From the human T2T-CHM13v2.0 reference genome, Homo sapiens: DNA of 64,000 nucleotides. The stretch lies in NCBI RefSeq assembly GCF_009914755.1, contig NC_060928.1. One strand, 5' to 3'. Made by a program: the position numbers and the translations under genes. A model generated the notes under the pieces. It was not told the origin of the DNA. It did no database searches and saw only the letters and a list, made by a program, of their open reading frames with translations. Positions 56,695-64,000 of the stretch are shown here, piece after piece. Position 1 is the stretch's first letter. Every line of letters starts with the position of its first letter.

Positions 56695-57067
56695 TGTATT
56701 AGTTCCTTCTCACACTGCTATGAAGAAATACCTGAGACTGGGTGATTCATAAAGGAAAGAGGTTTAATTGACTCACGGTTCAGCATGGCTGGGGAGGCCT
56801 CAGGAAACTTACAATCATGCCAAAGGGGAAGAAAACATGTCCTTCATATGGTCCAGGAAGGAGAAGAATGAGCCAAGGTGGGGAAAGCCCCTTATAAAAC
56901 CATCAGATCTTGAGAGAACTCACTCCCTATCACAAGAAGAGCACAGGGGGACCACCCCCATGATCTAATTACCTCCCACGAGGTTTCTCCTCCAACGCGT
57001 GGGGATTACAGTTTGGATTACAATTCAAGATGAGATTTGGGTGGGGACACAGAGCCAGATCATATCA
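56695..57067 (-). mobile_element. THE1 (ERVL-MaLR) solo LTR
   Basis: tgtattagt...ggggacacagagccagatcatatca; 5-bp TSD tgcat. Confidence 0.9.
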
Positions 57068-57090
57068 TGCATAGTATTTTTTTTTTTTTA

Positions 57091-57383
<293 letters not shown>

Positions 57384-58401
57384 ATTAATTAATAAATCAG
57401 ACCTCAAGCCTCTTTCACACGTTTTTGTATCTTTTAATAGATACCAAATAGGGAAAGAAAAAGAGTGGTTGTGGCAAGCTGTTACGAGCTAGCACTGAAA
57501 TTATGGCTGGCACCTATTCACCCTAACCTGATTAATCTGTCTAGTGAAGGATAGAAAAATTACTTTTTAAAGTCGCCCTCATTCATTTGGAAAACTTAGA
57601 TGGACTCCTGTAGATACGTTATTTTTCACTTGGATGTTTCCCCATTAGATCCTAACTGATTGCTTTAATTGTGCACCTTAGCAGAAATATTACTTTCCCC
57701 TCGTTTGTATAGCTTGCTTTCACAGGCCACGTGGCATCCATTATTCCTGATGAGCTTCTGGAAGAGTTAATTCTTCTTTGCATTGTAGAAAGAATTTAGA
57801 AGCAAACAGTAAGAGGCCTTCTAAACTGATACACTTTTCCTCACCCTTGTTAAGAATGATTCTGAGATGTTATTCATACTGATTTTTTTTTTTCCTCAGA
57901 CGGATTTAGCGACCTGGTCCATACCTCAGTGTTCAACTCGTTTAAAAAATAAATGGTAAAAGGAACATACAGATTACCAGAGTTAAAGAACACAGAATAT
58001 GTTGTAAAACATAGAAAAATTATCTTAGTGTCCAAACAGATATTTTAAAGGTACTAAGTATTTTATGGGTTCTGTTTTTATCAAGTTGTGTTCCTTTATT
58101 CCCATAATAGTCAGGGTGTTCTTCTATAACATTCACCCTATTGTAACATTTTAAACTGAAATTATTAGTTGTCTTGTCCATTTTCATCACTAGACTGTGT
58201 GCTTCTTGTCTTTTATTTATGCCTGGCATATTATAGTAGGCACTTGATTAATGTTAGAATGAATGAATGTGCAGTAGTACATTCCTTGGTGAGAGTTACT
58301 TTACTTTATATCAGATCCTGGGCATTTTATCAGATGTTCTACATTAAAAAGTATCAACTGAATTTGGGCCACTACTAGGAACAGTTAAATACGTAGTCCC
58401 A

Positions 58402-58549
58402 GGCTGGGCACAGTGTCTCACATGTGTAATACCAGCACTTTGAGAGGCCAGAGTGAGAGGATCACCTGAGCCCAGGAGGTTGAGGCTGCAGTGAGCTGTG
58501 ATCGTGCCACTGCACTCCAGCCTGGGCAACAGAGTGACTCTATCTCAAA

Positions 58550-58550
<1 letters not shown>
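58402..58550 (+). mobile_element. Alu monomer / arm-fused Alu
   Basis: Left-arm start joined to right-arm end. Confidence 0.85.

Positions 58551-58592
<42 letters not shown>
58551..58592. repeat. (TG)21 microsatellite
   Basis: Perfect repeat following the Alu. Confidence 0.97.
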
Positions 58593-58595
<3 letters not shown>

Positions 58596-58829
58596 TCTCA
58601 TATACTTGTGAAATTTAAGCATGGGCAAATAATGATTGCATTAGACTAAAGAGGTCTATTGTTAAATATGCAAATGTAATTTTAGCATAAAAATAAGATC
58701 GATGTGCTTACAATTCTGTTTATTTACATTATCTAAAAAATGTTCGTATTTTGCATGCAGCTCACATATATAGATATATACCAAACCATTGCTTTGCTTT
58801 AAGTCAAATCTTTCTTATCCATTTTATGG

Positions 58830-58994
58830 TTATTTATTTTTGATTTTTGAGACAGAGTCTTGCTGTGTCACCCAGAGTATAGTGCAGTGGTATGATCATA
58901 GCTACTGCAGCCTCAAACTGCTTGGCTCATGCAGTCTTCCTGCCTTGGCCTCCCAAAGCACTGGGATTAAAGACATGAGCCACTGCACCCAGCC
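58830..58994 (-). mobile_element. Alu monomer / arm-fused Alu
   Basis: Antisense monomer. Confidence 0.85.
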
Positions 58995-59049
58995 CATTTT
59001 ATGACTATTCTAGGGAGCTGCTGGTAGACTGTGTTCTTTAATGATCTTT

Positions 59050-59385
59050 CCACAGGGCTTTTGTACATTTCTTTCCCTCTGCCTGGAACACTTTCCCTTA
59101 CAGATATTCATGTGACTTGCTTCCAGTATTTTGTTCAAATGTCACCTTTGCAATGAAGCCTTTCCTGACCACCCTCTTTAGTACTGCAGCACCCATCCTC
59201 TGCATTCACTACTCCCCTTCTGTGCTCTTTATCTTCTGTTGTGACATAAATTTACCTGTGCACACACTTCCTTAATGAGGTCAATAATTTTTGTCTCTTT
59301 TTTCTTCCTTTACTGATGTATCCTGTAGCACCTAGAATAGTGCCTGGCACATAATGAGTGCTCAGTAAAAACACTTTAAATGGGT
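59050..59385 (+). mobile_element. L2 3' end
   Basis: ctctgcctggaacact...cacctagaatagtgcctggcacataatgagtgctcagtaaa. Confidence 0.75.
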
Positions 59386-59414
59386 GGAGGCTGAAGTTGT
59401 TTAACATCTTGTGA

Positions 59415-59763
<349 letters not shown>

Positions 59764-59856
59764 TCAGTTATATCTTTTATTCACTTTATAGCTGTCATTT
59801 CTTTGCCAGTAGCAGTGACTGAATTAAGGCATATCAGAACCTAGTTGAAAAATTGT

Positions 59857-60130
59857 GCCCAGGTGTGGCGGCTAACATTTGTCATCCCAACACTTTGAGA
59901 GGCTGAGGCAGGTAGATTGCCTGAGCCCAGGAGTTCAAGACCAGCCTGGGCAACATAGTGAAACCTGGCCTCTAACAAAAAATACAAAAATTAACCAAGT
60001 GTGGTGCCGCATGCCTGTAGTCCCTGGAAGGCTGAGGTGTGAGAATCCCTTGAGCCTGGGAGGTGGAAGTTGCAGTGAGCCAAGATCGCAACACTGCACT
60101 CCAGCCAAGGCAACAGAAAGAGAAAAAGAA
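59857..60130 (+). mobile_element. AluJ
   Basis: Diverged dimer. Confidence 0.9.
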
Positions 60131-60284
60131 AATTGTATAATTTGGTTAACTGCTTAACCAAATAGGCATTCAGTGACTAGAACCTGAATCAGAGGGAGGC
60201 AGACATCTTATGTACACTATGTTTGGGAATCCAAACTTAAACTGACAGGTGAAATCATTAAAAGGTCAATTAAGAAGATCCAAG

Positions 60285-60632
<348 letters not shown>

Positions 60633-61573
60633 TTATGTTCCTGAGACTTGTTAAATGCTTCTATTCCAGATAGTACCTTGATTATTTACTGTTATTTATG
60701 CTAATCAAATGCCAACTAATTTAGTACCAGGTGAAATATTTCCTTGTAATAAAATCAATTAAAAATTAACTGATTTTTTTCAGATTCATTCAGATATGTT
60801 TTTTAAAATTCAGTTATTTCTTCATGCTAAATTAATTGCAAAAAATGCAATTTCCCTTTTTAAAAAAAATTATATTAAACTGCAGTAGATACATTTTTAT
60901 TTGGCCAAAAAAAAATAAAAATCAGTTCAATTCCATTTAAGAACGATTTATTGAATATATGCATGTGAAAAATAAAATAGTTAGAAATATAAGGTAGACA
61001 TAACTGACTATAAAACAAGACATTAATGACTACAAATAAGGTAAAATGAACAAGAACTGTAAGTAGAAAGAGGACCTGTGGGATTTCAGATGAGAAAGCC
61101 GCATGCTGTCAACTGGAAAGCAGAGATGCAAAAGTAGAGGACTTGCACCTAAATTGCTGGGTTCTCATTTGTTACCTGTGTCTGGGCAAGTTTCTCTCTT
61201 TATATCTGTTTTCTTGTTTATAAATGAAGGATGATAATAGTATAACCTCGTGGGATTGTTGTAGGGATTGAGATAATACATGCCGCCATATAGACAGAAA
61301 ATTCAGAGAGGTTAATTGATGCCTAGACTTAGTAAGTCCTAAATGTAAGTGGTGGTGAGGGCAGTGGATAATGTAGCCGTTGTACCACTCACCTGGAAAA
61401 GTTACTCTGGTCTGAGAACTCAGTTCCAATAGGAGAAGCCCATGCAGAGCCACAGTTCATTTGGCAAACCTGTATCAAGCACCCGCTAAAGCCAGGAACT
61501 CTACTAGACCTGTGGGAATGATGAACAGGGAACACCCATGCCCACCTGGAGGTCAGGACACTAAAGGGTGGTC

Positions 61574-61698
61574 AGGCTGTGGGTGCCTGTAAATCCAGCA
61601 TTTTGGGAAGCCAAGACAGGAGGATCACTTGAGCCCAGGAGTTGAGACTTGAACTCCTGGCAACTCAAACTTATGGGCATCATAGGGAGACCCTGTCT

Positions 61699-61733
<35 letters not shown>

Positions 61734-61879
61734 CCAAGTGTGGTGGCTGTGGTCCCAGCTACTCAGGAAACTGAGGCGGGAGGATCACTTGAGCCCAGGA
61801 GGTTGTGGAGGTTGTGGCTGCACAGTGAGCCGTGATCATGCTACTGCACCCTAGCCTGGGCAACAGAGTTGAGACCCTG
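61574..61879 (+). mobile_element. AluJ, rearranged, long internal A run
   Basis: Diverged dimer. Confidence 0.85.
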
Positions 61880-61936
61880 GATAGATATAGATAGATAGAT
61901 GGATAGATGGATAGATGGATAGTTAGATAGATAGAC

Positions 61937-61994
<58 letters not shown>

Positions 61995-62024
61995 GCAGAC
62001 AGACAGACAGACGGACGGATAGAT
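61880..62024. repeat. Compound (GATA)n/(GACA)n STR
   Basis: Includes 14 uninterrupted AGAT units at 61937-61992. Confidence 0.97.
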
Positions 62025-62089
62025 GTCAGAAAGGCCTGGGAAACAGTGTGAGGAAAGGCATGGTGGTAAGAATCAGCTCTGAAGCTAAA

Positions 62090-62520
62090 AATAACCCAGA
62101 TGTCCTAAACTGATGAAAAAATGAACAAAATATTATATATCCATACCATGGACTATTCAGCTATAGAAGGAATGAACTGCTGATAAATGTTACAACATGG
62201 ATGAACCTTAAAAACGTGCTAAGTAAAAGAAGCCAGTCATCAAATGCCACATATCTTATGGTTCCGTATACATGAAGTGTCCAGAACTGGCAAATCTGCA
62301 GAGCTAGAAAGTAGATTATGGGTGCCTGGGATGTGGAAAGGGGTTTATGGGGAGTGACTGCTAATGGGCATGGTGTTTCTTCTGGGGATGATGAAAATAT
62401 TCAAAGTAAATTGCAGTGATAGTCGCACAACTCTTAATATACTAAAAAAAACATTGAATTGTGGACCTTAACTGGGTGAATTGTGTGGTCTGCGAATTAC
62501 AGCTCAATAAACGCTTTTAA
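62090..62520 (+). mobile_element. Old L1M (MB/MC-like) 3' end
   Basis: caacatggatgaaccttaaaaac...gtaaaagaagccagtca...ctcaataaa. Confidence 0.85.
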
Positions 62521-62536
62521 AAAAACAACAAAACAC

Positions 62537-62838
62537 CAGCAGTTTGGGAGACCAAGGTGGGAGGATTGCTTGAGCCCAGGAGTTAGAGAGCAGCCTGGGC
62601 AACATAGGGAGACCCCATCTCTACCTACTTACCTACCTACCTACCTATCTACATAAATAAATAAATTAAGATTTAGCGAGGCATGGTGCTACACACCTAT
62701 GGTCCCAGCTACTCAGTAGGTTGAGGTAGGAGGATCATTTAAGCCCAGAGGTTAAGGCTGCAGTGAGCTGAGACTGTGTCACTGCACTCCTGCCTGGGTG
62801 ACAGAGTGAGACCCTGTCTCAAAAGGAACAAACAAAAA
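62537..62838 (+). mobile_element. AluJ, 5'-truncated, (CTAC)n linker
   Basis: Diverged dimer. Confidence 0.9.
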
Positions 62839-63894
62839 ACCCATTAGCACTGTGTGGGCAGGCAACCCAAAGTCATCTTGACTTGGCTGTTGGGTGAACA
62901 GAAGACATGGCAAAGACAGGGTCGGGGGTCAGTTGAATGCACCCTTTGAAGGAGCATTATCTTGCCATAAAAGGTAGCCACTGAGGGCTGAGTGGTACGT
63001 GATCACCCAGTCATACCTGTGAGAGACAGTATACCGATACCCTTGCAAGCAGAAATGACAGATTCCAGGGAGTGGTGGAAGATAGGTTAGCAAACCTGTT
63101 CCAGGGCCATGTCAGGAGTCCAGGTAAGAGAGAAGGAACCAAGGAATAGAAGTAGAGACGCTTGAAAACCATGTAAGAAGTAAAAAGGCCTAAATGTGAG
63201 CGGTTGGTGAGGAAAGGAGAAAGGATGACTCCCTGAATTCTAGCATGAGTGAAGGGGTGTGTGCTAACACCAACGGAGATAGAAGAGAACAGGAACAATT
63301 GAAAATACAGTTCTTAAAGGCCCTGGACACTGTAGCTAGAGCCGTTTCAGTGAGATACAGAAGCCACATCTTGCTTGAAGAGAATTGGAACAAACAGGCA
63401 GTCTCCATGCCTGTTTCTCTTACTGTCTGTGCAGTCAACTTCTTGGCATTGCAAAAAGGCACATCATTTGGGTCACTTAAATAATATGACCTGAGCCATC
63501 TACATTGTATCTAGTTCACTTTCTTCTCTCTGGAGCATTGTTTTCTAACTCTGTAGTGAGACCTCTTTTTTTCCCCAATGAAAAGCTAAATAGTGATTCG
63601 GAAAACTTAACGAATATTGAGATTTGTCAGCCTGTTCAAGTACTAGAGTGTTGTTTGTTTTTTCCTAACTTTGTTGGAAATGGATTACTTCTTAAGAAGA
63701 AAGCTTACCACATATCCCATTGAAAACTGGTGAAAATAAAGCCTATCTATGTTCAAAGTCCTAGAAGATGGTTCTTCTGGTCACCACTGGGATAAATGGA
63801 TGAATGTGCTCCCTGGGATAGATCCAGGTTCTGTGGAACTGAAACTAATACAGTATGGAAGGGAGGCCCTTTTTGAAAAAAGAATGTGAAATTG

Positions 63895-64000
63895 GGCTGG
63901 GCGTGGTGACTCACACCTGTAATCCCAGCACTTTAGGAGGCCGAGGCAGGCAGATCACGAGGTCAGGAGATCAAGACCATCCTGGCCAACATGGTGAAAC
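63895..64000 (+). mobile_element. AluS (cut by window end)
   Basis: Left arm. Confidence 0.9.

Noticed and set aside
63118-63130. CAG|GTAAGA as a recursive splice site
   Set aside because: No polypyrimidine tract upstream

Overview
Primate (human-like) genomic DNA. The window opens exactly on a GT 5' splice site (GTAAGG at 1-6), and I found no convincing protein-coding exon after it. It is best read as the first 64 kb of one very long + strand intron of a gene I cannot name. It carries about 50 Alu/FLAM/FAM copies, one 5'-truncated antisense L1, several solo LTRs (MER50, THE1, MST, MLT1, MER31/39-like, MER57-like), DNA-transposon relics (MER82, MER45A, MER5, MER53, MADE1), L2/MIR fragments and microsatellites. 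Most ORF-track entries are Alu read-throughs or chance ORFs. The leading candidates for hidden function are four. First, a CpG-retaining segment at about 46.95-47.8 kb with E-box, RFX and ETS motifs and divergent splice donors, possibly an internal bidirectional promoter feeding an antisense exon and 157-aa ORF at about 45 kb. Second, clusters of strong cryptic splice sites, including a poison-exon chain at 11.6-12.4 kb, a nested mini-intron at 32.8 kb and recursive-splice-like AG|GT sites. Third, a sense MER50 LTR with a strong donor. Fourth, several templated-insertion scars, including a 33-nt copy of flanking DNA inside the L1. Repeat family names come from my memory of consensus sequences, not from a search, and repeat boundaries are approximate. 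All exon and promoter calls are motif-based hypotheses.
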